Origin: Squalus acanthias
Lineage: Eukaryota
DNA length: 64,000 nucleotides
NCBI GenBank assembly: GCA_030390025.1
Contig: CM059425.1
Span: 168,456,001-168,520,000, forward strand
Direction: 5' to 3'
In this document: in pieces, positions 47,992 to 62,064 of the stretch
Numbering within the stretch: position 1 is the stretch's first letter
Layout of the letters: every line of letters starts with the position of its first letter
Made by a program: the position numbers and the translations under genes
Notes under the pieces: model-generated
What the model was told of the DNA's origin: nothing
Database searches by the model: none
Seen by the model: only the letters and a program-made list of their open reading frames with translations

Positions 47992-49200
47992 AAGAAAGAA
48001 AGACTAGCACTTTATATAGTGCCTTTCATGACCTCAGCATGTCCCAAAGCGCTTTACAGCCAATGAAGTACATTTGAAGTGTAGTCACTGTTGTAATGAA
48101 GGAAACACGGCAGACAATTTGAGCACAGCAAGCTCCCACAAACAGCAAAGTGACAATGACAAGATAATCTGTTTTAGGGTTTTTGGTTGAAGGATACGTA
48201 TTGGCCAGGACACCAGGGAGAACTCCCCTGCTCTTCTCTGAAATAGAATTACATATAATATACAGCACAGAAACAGGCCATTCAGCCCAACTAGTCTATG
48301 CTGGTGTTTATACTCCACACGAATTTCCTCCCATTCCATCTACCTAATCTCAGCCTTTCAGCATATCTTTCTATTCCCTTTTCTCTCATGTACTCATCTA
48401 AGCTATTTGCCTCAATCACTTCCTGTGGTAGCGAGTTCCATATTCTAACCATTCTCTGAGTAAAGAAATTTCTCCTTATTTTCTTAATTGATTTATTAGT
48501 AACTATCTTGTATTTATGGCTCCTAGTTTTGAATTGTCCCACAAGTGGAAACATTCTCTCCACATCTACCCTGTCCAACCCATTCATAATTTTAAAGACC
48601 TCTATCAGGTCACCTCGAAGTCTTCTCTTTTCTAAGCTAAAAGCCCTACCCTGTTCAATCTTTCCTGATAGCTGTAATTTCTTAGTTCTGGTACCATCCT
48701 TGTAAACCTTTTTTGCACTTTCTCCAGTGCTTCTATGTCCTTTTTATAGAATGGAGACCAGAACTGTGCACAGTACTTTAAGTGTGGCCTAACCAGGGTC
48801 TTATACAAGTTTAACATAACTTCACTACTTCTGAATTCTATACCACTAGAAGCAAATCCCAGTGCTTTGCTAGCATTTTTAATTGCTTTGCTGACTTGCG
48901 ATGCTGCTTTTAATGATTTGTCCTGTACCCTTGATCTCTTTGCTCTTCTACCCCATTCAGTTTCTTATTTTCTAAGGTGTATGTGAAGTTTGTATTTTCC
49001 TACCAAAGTGCATCACCTCACATTCATCTAAATAGTGTACTGGGATCTTTTATACCTGACAGTGTATCTCATCCGAAGGACGGTACCTCCAACCGTACTG
49101 GAGTGTCTGCCTAGATTTTGTACTCGAGTCTCTTGAGTGGGACTTGAACCCACTACCTTCAGACTCAGAGGTGAGAGTGCTACCACTAAGTCATGACCGA
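47992..49200 (-). mobile_element. Second DeuSINE-like copy split by a minus-strand CR1 3' fragment (~48247-49029)
   Basis: aaatag at both junctions; CR1 motifs LVRPHLKYCAQFWSP, TRSHKYKI. Confidence 0.8.
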
Positions 49201-49546
49201 CACTATGTGGTATACATTTTATAGAAAATGATGGATATTGCACCAAGAATTACATAGCAGCAAACTAATGTTAAGAAAGTAAGGATGCAGAAAAGTCCTT
49301 TTGGCTCATCAAATCTGCTCCTTCCACAGACCATATGTAATCTCCCTTCTCATGGACTCTCCCCCATTGCTTTAATCTCCTGAAGACAAGTTCTGCATTA
49401 AAATTCCTTGATCACCATAATTAATCATGTTCTAATGTGGCAATTCATCAATGCACAGATCTCCATTATTCAAAACTGGTCTTCTGCCCTCCACAGACAC
49501 CCTTTCCCCTGTCCCCAGTTCCCGCACCACATGAACTATTGTGTTC

Positions 49547-49599
49547 CAGTTTTATTTGAAATCACAAGCTTTCGGAACTATCGCTCCTTCCTCAGGTGA
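49547..49599 (-). mobile_element. Short fragment of the hairpin-element family containing just the hammerhead region
   Basis: agttttatttgaaatcacaagctttcggaac...gctccttcctcaggtga matches 26691-26747. Confidence 0.7.
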
Positions 49600-50777
49600 T
49601 TATTTGATTATCTCCATATTCCATATTTGATTATCTCAGCCTATATTAATCCCTATAACCCCTAGTCCCATTTCCAACCAAATATTTATCCAGATCCTTG
49701 TCTCAATATCATTACCAAAGGTCACAGTTTTAATTCTGATTCGGATCTTTGAGCACTTAGTTTGGGCACTGTTCATTTGTTTTATAAGTAGGTTTTATAT
49801 TTGCTCAAGAATTAATATCATGGTAGTTTCTAAAGCAACATACTGCCACCTTCAGGCAGGATTTAAGCATGACCATTATAGTTTACACCATCTGAAGGAA
49901 AAGATTTTGCAGGGCTACGGGGAAAGGCGGGGGGGGAGTGGGACAAGCTGAAGTGCTCTTGCAGAGAGCGGCACAGGCTCGACAGGCCAAATGGCCTCCT
50001 TCTGTGCTGTAACCATTCTATGATTCTAACTTTTTTTCATATAAAGACCATCACCCATTATTTATATCATATTTATATCATGTAATTGCTTATTAACCTG
50101 GTGGTCACACCAACTTGGGGATCCGCAGAAAGTTAACATGTTGCAGGTTAGCCATTTTAAATGTTCTTTAAATTACATTCTTTGCATCTTTCCATAATGT
50201 GTAACTTTCTCCTGAAGATTGTTCAGTTGCTGTCTGAGAAAGCGTGCAAATGGTTCATTGGAAATAATTCTGATGAAAGGCTAGTGAGGAATAAGAGGAG
50301 AATTTACAATAAAATGAGAATGGTATTCTGAATCTGGGAAATTCACATTCGTTTTCTTTGCTAAAACATCCCAAAATTACGTTATTCTTTTGATTGCAGA
50401 AAGTAGGTGACTTATGTGTTTTTTATTAATATCCGTCTAAAAACGAGGAAACACATATTTTGAGATCAATGTGGGCTGGATTTGAATCTTGGCCATAAAG
50501 GTAAAAAATGTCTAACACAGGACACAATCCAGCACAGTTTCCCTTATACTTTCCAACTGGAAAACATGCTAAACTGCTGGTGGCTACGCCTAATAATTGG
50601 TTATTAAGATTAAGCTTTTTTGGTGCAGAGTTCAGAAAAAAGAATTTTAGTTATAAATATAGGAAACTTGAAAATAATTTCAAGAGATTTAGAGAAAAAC
50701 GTAAGGCAAATATTTGAAAGATTATTCAGCTCTTCCTGGTTTATTTTACCTAAGTGGGTGCTGTATATCGAAACTTT

Positions 50778-51531
50778 GGGGTGAATTTTAACCCCCAAAA
50801 GCAGGTGGTTTGGGGTCAGGTGAGATGTGAACATTTTTAAAAGCTCAAACCCAACCCGCCCACTTCCGGGTTTAACGGAGGCAGGACAAGGGGCAGGCGG
50901 CCAACCGGCTCCCAGGAAGCGGGTTGGCCATTTCAATACTATAATGAGGCTGGGAGCCTCACATTTAACTTCCCTTACAGGTTTAACCCTTGCTGACTGG
51001 GTTTCCCAGACCTCGGGAAACCCGGCAGCTTAAGGGAGGTGAGGACAGCTTCGGGGAACAAGTAGTTGCCCTTACAGCAATGCTTGTGGGCCAGGAGGAG
51101 CAGGTGTGCTTCCCCCAGGCCCCCAAGCTTACCTCCTTCCCTGGGATTGGACCAGCCCCCTCCCCCCCATCAAACTCCCCACCATCCAAAGACCCCCCCA
51201 CCCAATCGGGGATCAGACCCCCCAAGGTCGGAACCCCCCCGGGATCGGGGCTCGGACCCCCCAAGATCGGACCCCCCCCCCCCCCGAGGTTGGGGATCGG
51301 ATGCCCCCCATACTCCCACTAGCAGCTGAGGGCTCCTTACCTGCAGCTGCGACCTGCTCTGGAGCGCTCCCTGCTCGACTGGAAGCCAAGCCTGTCAATC
51401 AGGCTGACTTCCGGGCGGGGATCCTGTCAAACAAAATACACAGGCTGTGGCGTCTGAACTCCCCAGCATGCGGGGAAACCGAAACTCCGTCCCCCCCATT
51501 CGGAAAACCCGCCCCTGTCAATATCGGGGCC
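50778..51531. mobile_element. Harbinger-type MITE, TSD TTT, C-rich gatc repeats
   Basis: ttt|ggggtgaatttt ... aatatcggggcc|ttt. Confidence 0.8.
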
Positions 51532-52534
51532 TTTGCTTTAGATATGTATTTTCTCTTATGTTATTTTTGTTCTTTTTATTTTTGCACTTTACATTTGTTA
51601 GTCAGGTTTTTAAAAGTTGTTACTTTTGCCATTTGAGTATGTTCAGGGTTTTCTTTTCGTTTTAGTAATTTTTTATTCTTTTTCATTCTTGGTATTTTAA
51701 CCTTCATGTTTATTGTATTACATTGGGTGAAGGTTTCATTAATAGTACAATTTCATAGTTAAGACAATCTTAAGGCAATAAATAAGAATATAGTTTTATT
51801 ATCAACTCATAATTACAACAGCAGTATTAATCACAGTGGAGGGATGTAAACGGTGCTTAAAGTAGGTAGATCTGTCTAGATCTTAGGCTCAGCACCTGTT
51901 TAAACATTAGTTGCAGACGCAGTTCAGTACTTAAAAAAATAGCTTATTGAATGTTTAACAGGAACCAAATTGAGTATTTATAATATGCTGGGAAGCTTCC
52001 AGGCAGAACAGACATCTGGAGCGGAACAAACAAAAGAAGCATTACACACTGTTCATTGAAAGCCTGCTGCTTTTAAAGACTTCGTCAAATCAACAATTAA
52101 TATTTTTTCAAATTACATAAGTTTAAATTGGTTGCTAAACTGACTATAAGTTTCCATTTGAGCAAATGTTCTATTTTAATCACAATTGTCAAAACAAGCA
52201 TTTTTTTTTAGATGACAGAGGACCTGCAGGCTTACGTCCTTGTGAACCACTGATGAGTGGCATTTATTGGGATCTGGCTTTGTTCCAGAGATTGTAAATG
52301 AACAACTATGGGGTGGAGCTTCAAGCAATTTTGCACCATATCTGTAAAGGACTGATTGTGCCATCAAGGCCATTAAGAGGCAGACTTGATCGATATCTTA
52401 GGCCGCTGACCACCCTCTCTACCCAGAAAAAATAAAGTTGTTTCATCCTTTTTTTCTTGAGTAGGTTCCATCTAAGGAACAGCTTGCTAAAAAAAACCTC
52501 CACTGCAACACAACCATGTCGGTTGCCAGAGGAA

Positions 52535-55460
52535 GTTCATGCTATCGCCAAATAGTGGGAAGGAGATAGAGGAGCAAATTTGCAGGCAAATTTCAGAAAG
52601 ATGCAAGAACTATAGAGTAGTGATAATGGGGGACTTTAGTTATCCAAATATAGACTGAAAAGAAGAAAGAAAGAAAGACTTGAATTTATATACTGCCTTT
52701 CATGACCTCAGGATGTCCCAAAGTACTTTACAGCCAATGAGGTACTTTTGAAGTGTAGTCATTGTTGTAATGTAGGAAATGTGGCAGCCAATTTGTGCAC
52801 AGCAAGCTTCCACAAACAGTAATGTGATAATGACCAGATAATCTGTTTTAGTGATGTTGATTGAGGGATAAATATTGGCCAGGACATCGGGGATAACTCC
52901 CCTGCTCATCATCGAAATAGTGCCATGGGATCTTTTACATCCACTGAGAGAGCAGACTGGGAAAATAAGTGTGTTAAGGGCAAAGAGGGGGAGGAATTCA
53001 TGGAATGTGTACAAGAGAACTTTCTTGATCAGTATGTTTCCAGCCCAACGAGGAAGGAAGCAATGCTGGACCTGGTTCTGGGGAATGAAGTGGGGCAACT
53101 GGAGCATAGGAACAGGAGTAGGCCAATTAGCCCCTCGAGCCTGTTCCACCATTCAATCAGATCATGGCTGATCTATGACCTAACTCCAATGTTTCAGTGG
53201 GAGAGTATTTGGGAAACAGTGATCACAATATCATAAGGTTTAGAGTAGCTATGGAAAAGGACAAGGAACAATCAAACATGAAAATACTCAACTGGAGGAG
53301 GGCTAATTTCAGTGAGTTGAAAGGGGATCTGGCCCAGGTGGATTGGAATCAGAGATTGGCCGGAAAAACAGTAAATGAGCAATGGGAGGCTTTCAAAGAG
53401 GAGATAGTTTGGGTACAGATGAGACACATTCCCACAAGGGGGAAAGGAAGGGTGTCCAAAGCTAGAGCTTAATGGATGACTAAATATTAATGGCTAGAAA
53501 TTCATTATAGCCCAGGAATGGGCGGTATCATAGAAAAGTTTGAGAATTAGCGCCAGGCGCTAATGCTTTAGATTACACGCAAAATTCATTCTCACTGCTC
53601 AAAGAAATGATTAGGACGCTAAATCAAGTCATAAAGGCCTAGCTCAGTGGTGTTACACTCAAAGGGTGGACCAATATCGGGTGCAGTCTAATCTCAACTC
53701 ATCATTGCCACAGGCTTTTCCCAGTACTTAAAGGGGAGGTTCATTGATACTGCAGCACCTCATTCTCAGCATTGCTGGCTGTGCAGCTGCCTCGGCAAGG
53801 AGAAGCACAACAAGGAGAAGGAGCCGGAGGACTGAAGCAGGTGTGCTCAGTCGGGTGGTCAGGATGATTGAATGCTTCAACAAATGCTACATACCACCAT
53901 CTGGACCACAGCTTCACACACTGCCCAAAGCACCACACCCCCAGCGCTCACCCACCAACAATCTCTACCTAACAACACTCACACCCACATCTCACGCCTT
54001 GCATACAATGACAGCTATTCAACTATGGCAGGCACAAGGGTCATTAGTTATTAGAATGTATGTGATATGTGTGATATGTTTATGCATAAATTTATTAATG
54101 GAGTTTGCAATATTTTGTAGTCTCTCTCATTTCACCTTTGTGCCCAGGAGGATGATGTGATGTGGCATGACACAGGGATGGCATGATGGGCATGTGGTGA
54201 GCAAAAGAGATCTGGGATTTAAGTCATCCTGGTGTGAGGCTGGAGGTCTGTTTGGAGGAGGTGGCAGAGTTCTGTGACCACCACCTTGGTGATGCGGAGC
54301 TCTCTAATACACTGCTCCTCGCTTCATTGAAGGTAGGAGAGGTGCTGTCGGAATACCCTCGGAAGGTAAGGCCTCCTGGTGAGAGCCCTGATGTCGCACA
54401 TGTTCCCGTATTTCTGGCCGTAGATCCTGGAGGGCAAGGTGGCATGCCGGTACAGCCCCCCATTAATGTTGCCAAGTGTAGCAGTTTGAATCTTTGAACA
54501 ATAAATATAGGCACTTTGCACTTGCCAGAAGACTGCTGATAAAAAAGAACCTTGAAATTACTCATAGAAAGTGATCCATTGGGGGAATCTGACAAGAAAC
54601 CACTGAAACTAACCTGCCCTGACAGCTGCGAGTGATTAATGCGGATGCCTTTAAATAACGTCCCTGGAGCCAGCGTCCTGGAGCTGTGCGCCTCCTCTCC
54701 CTGTTGCTGTCTGGTCGAGGTGCAAAGGTAAGTGGCAAAAATCAATTTTGCACATTGGGCACCCAGTGAGCGTTGGATGCTCACTGACGTCATGATCTGC
54801 CTGGTGTTGAAGTCCCCAGCGGTACCTCGTACCAGCGGCGCAACGGGTGGCCCGGATTTGTCGTGCACCATTGGATTCGCCTCACCCCAGTGCTACTGCA
54901 TCAGCGCCCCGTTACCGCCCTCTGCAGGCGCTAACAGGAGGCACTAACCAACTGAATTTTCCCCCCCTAGAGATTAAGATGAAACACAAAAAGAGGCTTA
55001 TGATAACTGTTAGGCTCATAATACAGTAGAGAAGCAAGTTGAGTACAGAAAGTACAGAGGAGAACAGAAAAAAGAAATAAGAGGGGCAAAGGGAGTCTAT
55101 GAGAATAGTTTAGCTGGTAACATAAAAGGGAATCCAAAAGTCTTTGAAAAACATATAAATAGTAAAATGTTGGTCAAAGGAAGAGTGAGGAGGATAGTAA
55201 CAGACTTCAGGAGGACATAGACAGACTGGTGAAATGGGCAGACACATGGCAGATGCAATTTAACACAGAATTGTGAACTGATGCATTTTAGTAGGAAGAA
55301 TGAAGAGAGGCAATATAAACTAAATGGTACCATTTTAAAAGGGATACTTTAACAGAGAGACCTGAGGGTGTCCGTACACAAATCTTTGAAGGTAACAGGA
55401 CAAGTTGAGAAGGCTGTTAAAAAAGCATATGGGATCCTTGACATTATAAGCAGAGACTTA
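52535..55460 (+). mobile_element. Fragmented CR1 (endonuclease to RT) hosting a SINE tail (~52660-52955), an inverted CR1 tail (~53098-53190) and a Harbinger derivative (~53492-54967)
   Basis: VVIMGDF, FLDQYVSSPTR, LGNSDHNII; Harbinger piece has PYLPRVFRQHLSYLQ on - and an aattttccccc end. Confidence 0.75.
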
Positions 55461-57825
55461 GGCTGAGGAATTGGATAAGGCCCGAAAACGGGTGCCGGCA
55501 TCGTGCAGTGCTCTTTGCCTGCGCCCGTTCAAAGTGATGCAAGCAGCACGCAAATTTCGTGCTGTTTACCTCGTTATAATGATTACAGCGCTGATCTTAG
55601 TGCTAAATGCACTGCTGGTTGGCTTAGCGTTGAACAGGGGGCCAATATCGGGTGCTGTTTACTGGCCAATAAAGTTTGATCGAGGCTCTCTGCACTACTT
55701 AAAGGGGAGGTGCTTTGTTGCAGAAGCACCTCATTGTCATTATGGACAGAGCCATGGCCCAACAGCCAAGAGAAAGGGCAAGGAGATTTTCGGATGCGGC
55801 ACTGGAGGTCTTGGTCCTGAGGGAACAAAGAGGCCATCAGGTCCTCTACCCATAGGGAGGCAGGAGGCCTTCAAGGCTGAGCACCGGAAGGCTGTGTGAG
55901 GAGATCACTCAAGCTGTCACTGTGACAAATGTTGTCCCCGTGACAAATGTTGTCCCCAGGACCTGGATCCAGTGCTGCAAAAAGTTTAATGACCTCACAC
56001 GAGTGGTCAAGGTGAGTGAATGCATCTTCAAATGCCATATCCCATCATTTGCACCACATGCCTCACACACTGTTCAATGCACTGCACCCCCTTCACTCAC
56101 CTACCAACAATCTCTAGCAATCACTACTCATACCTCACAATCATAGCTTCACTTCACCCTCACACACTTACCACTGATGCAAGACTCACACCCACATATC
56201 ACACCTTGCACACACTGCCAGCTATTCAGCCATGACACATCACCCAAACACATTGCACCACATTCACTGACACACTTCCTTTTCTCTTGCAGGCAAAGGT
56301 GGAGCACAACCGTCGGGAGCACCAGCAGATGGGTGGAGGGGAAGCCAGACTTCAGCAACTGATGGAGCTGCAGGAAGCAGTTCTCGACATAATTGGAGGG
56401 GCAGTTACAGAGTCTGTGACGAGCAGGGAAGATGAAAGCATTGCTGATGATGACGGTGTGCTCATACCTAATTCTTCTTCTCACATCCCACTTTTCCCTC
56501 ATCCCACAATCTCTTCTCACTTACAAGCTGCTGATGGTGTATGCATGGATATCTTGCTTTCCCCCCCACCCTTCAACACAACCCGACCCTTGTGCCTTTC
56601 TCCTTTCAGATACCCAAGAACTCCAACCTGGCCAGCCAGTCCCCGAAGTGATTGAGAAGGACAGTGATAGAGAAGAAGACACACTGGCACTGCATCTGAC
56701 ACTCGCAGACACCTGCTCAGAAAATGGCACTGCGCATCATTTGAAGGGTAGTATAGTGGCGGGATCTGCATGTGATGAGTCACTGGGCACGAGTGGGCTG
56801 CAACCAGGCCAGGGGGAAAGGGTAGCTCGGGTTCCAGCTCCCCGGAGGGCGAGTTCGTGCACGAGTTCTGCTGCACAGGACTCAGATGATGACCTCGGTG
56901 GGGCGGCCATCAGAAGAAGGGTGATGGGCATGCACACCGAAATGCTTGGTGCAATGGCAAGCCTGCCAGAGAACCTCTTGTCAGTGTTAAGGAGCATGGA
57001 GGAGTCCGACTCCAATATTGCACGGGGCTTTGTGCAGAGCTTGGAGCCCGTGATTTCCAGGATTTCCATGAGAGACCTAGTGGAGCCAGCCATGATGCTG
57101 CGTGTGATGGATGATGTCGCAGCTTCATTGCAGCACAGGCGGAAGTGACCCAATGTCTCAGTGCTGCAGTGGAAGCTCAGACTGCTGCCATTGTGACAGA
57201 GGGATTGGAAGATAGGGAAGTGGTGAGCAACGGGGATCTGTGGTTTCACTCATTGGAACTGGAGTTTGATGAGGCGCTCATGGTCAGCCCGTCCGGAATG
57301 GGGCTCTGCTGCCTGTCTCCTCCCTTTCTCCTCCTCCTTCTCCTCGTCGTCCTCCTGCTCCTCCTTCTCCTGAGGTGGTCCTGAAACCTGTGGTGGCAAG
57401 GGCTGCGCCTTCATGATGGCCAAGTTGTGGAGGATGTAGCAGACCACCACGAAGTGGGACACCCACTCCGGCATGTACTGGAGGGCTCCTTCCGAGCGGT
57501 CAAGGCAGCGGAACCGTTGCTTTAGCACCCCGATGGTCTGCTCGATGGCGTTCCTCGTGGTAGCATGGCTGTCATTATATGAGTGCTGGCCACGAGTGAT
57601 GGGGTTGCAGAGGGGAGTCATCAGCCAGGACTGGTGCAGGATGAAGGCATCATGACTGCTGCCAGGATACCAGGCATTCACCCTCATGATGCACTGGGCA
57701 TGGTCGCACAACAACTGCACATTAAGTGAGTGGTAGCTTTTGCGGTTACGGAACATCTCAGGATTGATATACGGCACCCGCAAAGCCACGTGTGAGCAGT
57801 TGATGGCGGTATCATTGCTCGTCAA
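55461..57825. mobile_element. Harbinger remnant: three-exon Myb/SANT-like gene (+) convergent with transposase C-terminus (-)
   Basis: RERARRFSDAALEVLV and RTWIQCCKKFNDL; GT-AG introns 56012-56292 and 56456-56609; transposase ORF 57250-57825 with YPGSSHDAF, IEQTIGVLKQRFRCL. Confidence 0.85.
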
Positions 57826-57999
57826 TAATAAAATCTTATCCCATTTACAGCATTGTTAAACTCTCTAGTGATGCTGCAATTTACTGTACACTCATACACA
57901 GTTCATGACAGGGCAGGAGTCCCATATCCTGCCACTGGGAAAAAGGATAGTGAAATCTACATTAATGCACCATATTCAAATGCATTGAGTTTCATTTTA

Positions 58000-58295
58000 T
58001 ACTCCCCCTTGTTTCAGAATACCCCTTGTTTCAAATTATCCCCCTTGTTTCACAGTATCTCCTCGTTTCACAATAACCCCTTGGGATGTTTTACTATGTT
58101 AAAGGTGCTATATAAATACAAGTTGTTGTTGTGTCAGAATACCCCTTGTGTCAGATTACCCCTTGTTTCATAATAACCCCCTTGCATCAGAATATCCCCC
58201 CTTGTGTAAGAATATTACCTTGTGTCAGAATACCCCTTTTTTCAGAAGATCTGCTTGTGCCAATATAAGCCCTTATTTCAGAATACCCCCTTGTA
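58000..58295. repeat. Degenerate ~17-18-bp minisatellite (cagaataccccttgtgt)
   Basis: About a dozen visible units, interrupted by an L2-type tail at ~58080-58130. Confidence 0.8.
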
Positions 58296-58429
58296 GTACT
58301 TAATTGGCTGTAAAGCGCTTTGAGACGTCCGGTGGTCGTGAAAGGAGCTATATAAATGCAAGTCTTTCTTGTGTCAGAATACCCAGAGAGCTGCAGCAAG
58401 AGATTCAATCCCAGGAACTCCCCGCGCTC

Positions 58430-58876
58430 TCTGGTTGATGACACGCTGGGCTAGCCCCCCCCCCACCCCGTCACTCCCCGCCCCTTCGCGTCACACGCCC
58501 CTCGCGTCACTAGCTCCCCCCACCACGCCCCCTTGCAGTTGGGCCGTTTGGTGTCGGGAGAGGGAGCGAGTGGAGGCAGCGGGGGTGAGAGTGATGGCGA
58601 GCACAGAATCCAGGCCGGATGAGACACTGACTGTCATTTTCCTGAACAGTGGCCCGGAGTTGGGTGAGTGCGAGGAGTGCTCGGGTCGGGGAGAAATAGC
58701 TCGGCGGCTCCGCGTTTATTTATTTTAAAATTGCAACTTCCTGGGAGAAACCCGCAGGCAGGGTGGAGATTAAAACTTCATCAGAAACAACTTGTGAGAG
58801 AGGAAGTGAGGGAAGGAGGAGGAGGAGGAGGAGGAGAGGAGGAGGAGGAGGAGGAGAGGAGAGGGGGAGGAGGAAG
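58430..58876 (+). promoter_or_regulatory. CpG-rich probable promoter/first exon of a divergently oriented gene
   Basis: CpG-rich unique sequence with GC box (ccccgcccc), donor TGG|GTGAGT at 58664, then a GGA repeat running into the gap. Gene identity cannot be determined from the sequence. Confidence 0.5.
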
Positions 58877-59376
58877 NNNNNNNNNNNNNNNNNNNNNNNN
58901 NNNNNNNNNNNNNNNNNNNNNNNNNNNNNNNNNNNNNNNNNNNNNNNNNNNNNNNNNNNNNNNNNNNNNNNNNNNNNNNNNNNNNNNNNNNNNNNNNNNN
59001 NNNNNNNNNNNNNNNNNNNNNNNNNNNNNNNNNNNNNNNNNNNNNNNNNNNNNNNNNNNNNNNNNNNNNNNNNNNNNNNNNNNNNNNNNNNNNNNNNNNN
59101 NNNNNNNNNNNNNNNNNNNNNNNNNNNNNNNNNNNNNNNNNNNNNNNNNNNNNNNNNNNNNNNNNNNNNNNNNNNNNNNNNNNNNNNNNNNNNNNNNNNN
59201 NNNNNNNNNNNNNNNNNNNNNNNNNNNNNNNNNNNNNNNNNNNNNNNNNNNNNNNNNNNNNNNNNNNNNNNNNNNNNNNNNNNNNNNNNNNNNNNNNNNN
59301 NNNNNNNNNNNNNNNNNNNNNNNNNNNNNNNNNNNNNNNNNNNNNNNNNNNNNNNNNNNNNNNNNNNNNNNNNNNN
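58877..59376. other. Assembly gap (500 N) flanked by GGA/GA-rich sequence
   Basis: Run of N. Confidence 0.99.
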
Positions 59377-62064
59377 GAGAGGGAGGAGGACATGGGGGTA
59401 GGAGAGCCAGTTGGATAGGGTGAAAGGGATGCGGATGGGAGAGGCACGATGGGAGGACATAGATGGAGGGAACAAGGCTGATTGGGAGGAGGGAAAGAGA
59501 TGGAGAGAGAAAGAGAGGGGACAAGATGCTGGTTGCCTCAAGCAGAGCCCAGTGGATTGTGAAACCCCAGGAGTGAGTAGACTTTACCCTCAAAAGGAGT
59601 TATTAGTATATAAGTACAGAAATGTTCCTTTTTTTAAACTGTATTTTGATTTTAATTTACTTCATTTGCTGTTAAAACTTGTTTGCTTGTTATCTTTTGA
59701 GTAAATAACACTGATATAGGAAATGCATTGAATGTTGTGCATATGGATTTTGAAAATGCACTTGTTAAGGCTTTGCCTCTTATTTTCTTCTCTGGTCCTC
59801 TTTCTCAGTTATGATGTGTAATTATGCTTCTTGTTCAATCTGGAGCATTAGAAATGTGTAACAGTTTTGTTGCTTTGAGTAAACTACCTTTTTAGAAAAT
59901 GGCATCTATTTTAGAATCTCCTTTCCTCATTCAAATTTCTATGCTACTGTTTGCAAGCTTCTTTTGGTGAGTTTTAGATACTTCAATCGTATAAAATTAT
60001 ATCATATCTTAGCCTGTGTACTAGTGAGACTTTTTGTATATCTAACTTTTGTACCTCTCAGCTGATTCTTTTGAGTCTTTAAAAAGTTAAATGTATTATT
60101 ACATGAGATACTTCAGTACTATACTGTTGCTTTTATATTCTTGCTGCTGTACACCAGAATACCGAATGAAAATTTAGTGATTCTGTCACGCAAATAAAAG
60201 TTAATTTTTTGTGGGTTTAAGAACTTCAAATTAACATTTATACCCTTTCTAAGGGCCAAAACCTAATTTTAAAAATAAAACTCTCAAGAGAAAATTATGT
60301 TTTTGATTACAGTTTTACATATGAAAATTAGGACAGGAAAAGACCAATAGGTCCATCTAGCCTGTCCTAAATAGTTGTGATGCCTTATGCTTCACAATAC
60401 AGGCACTTCCTCTTTACCTGGAGCAATATAATCTGGGAGAAGCGAAAAGCCAGATTTTTTAAAAAACAGGCCAGTTGGGTGGGGGGTGCGGAATCTGGTA
60501 AATTCCTCTCTAACCCTTTATACTAGAGGGTACCTACTTCTTGTACAAGGTGATCTCTGCCCCAGCCAAAAACAGGTCCATCTCTCTTTTGAAGGAATAC
60601 AACAAATCAGCATTCACCACACGAGTCGGCAACCTGTTCCTCAGGTCCACTATTCTCTGGGAAAAGAATGAATTTTGACTTGCATTTTAAAATATAATGC
60701 AACACATTGGAGGTGCATATAGCTGATAATAATGGTTAGCTAACTGTTGCAACCTAATTTGGACTTCAAGGCTGGTCATTAGAATAAGAGGACAAGCAAT
60801 TAAATGCAGAGGAAAAAATACTGAAGATGCCAGCATCATGATGTTTGAATTGTGGACTAAGACAGACATTCATTGAGAAAGCAGCAACTGCTTTAAATAT
60901 ATATTCCATGGAAATACCTGCTTTATTTGCATTTTGTAAAGTGTTAGAATTTGCATCCCTCTAGTTGTATCTGACATTGGAGTGGCTGCTCTTTGTACGC
61001 AGTGTACTGTCTAAAAGACAGATCTACATGATGTGAAGACTTCGTGATCATGTCAATCCTGCATCAGTTTGAGATTGCCTTGGCTAGTTATAATTAATTG
61101 TGTGGGTTTGTGAAATTCCTCAATTTTGGATGCGATTCCCACTCTGACTGAAAGTCGTATTTGGTTATAGGCTCACAGGATGCGTGTGCGTCAGCATATC
61201 TTTTATGTGCTTTACAGTGTCCATGTTCAGTCAAGCATGAGAATTTTGTGCAGCCTGTAGATTCTTTCTAGTGGTTGCTGTTGCCTGGTAACAGGGCATA
61301 CTATCGCTGTAGGAGATATGAGTGTAAGATCGATGCCTGTCTAACTGATTGTAGAGCTGCTTGTGGCACCACTGTCACTCCTAATCTAGCAATTTTTGAT
61401 ATAACACAATAACATGCTATTCAGTGCTTCAAACCTAGGCACCCATATTTTCATTCTTTTTACATTTTTATTTTGATGCTGAAATTTGGGTACTTCTGCC
61501 ATAGGGTATTATTGAAGGTAGCACCTTAAATGGATTTTTGTAAGACCAAGGTAGTTTTGCTTTCTTAAATCTTAATAATAAGGCTGCCTGTTGTTTCCTG
61601 AGTGGAGTATTTTACCCGAAAGTGGCCAAGAGCCAAAATGAAAAGAAATTATTTGGGAATGAATGGAAAATACCTGTTTATTGAGCATACAGTTAGAGAT
61701 ACTGTAAGCTGTTGTTTAGTAAACCAAAACGAGCTGGTTTGGCTCTTTTGATCACACAGAAGTAATCCTCCGGTGATTACTGTACGCTACATCTGAGTAT
61801 AATGAGATGTTGTGAAAATTGTTTTTGTAGCCCTCGCTCACCTGGAATGGTATACAGCACAGCAGCAGTTTCAACTTTTCACATAAATGTTACCCGCAAA
61901 CCTAATGGGGGAAAAAAGTCAGGCCCTCGGTCTCTAATGACTATTTTGCTGTATACAACAGCTTTATGTCAATTCAATGTGTTTTTTCCATGACACATTG
62001 ACACACACAAATTGTGTTTGATTGGGTCAATTGCAGAAATCTTGGTCTCTCCTCTACTAACTTA

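Noticed and set aside
58668..59593. Long ORFs across the gap
   Set aside because: Artefacts of translating Ns.
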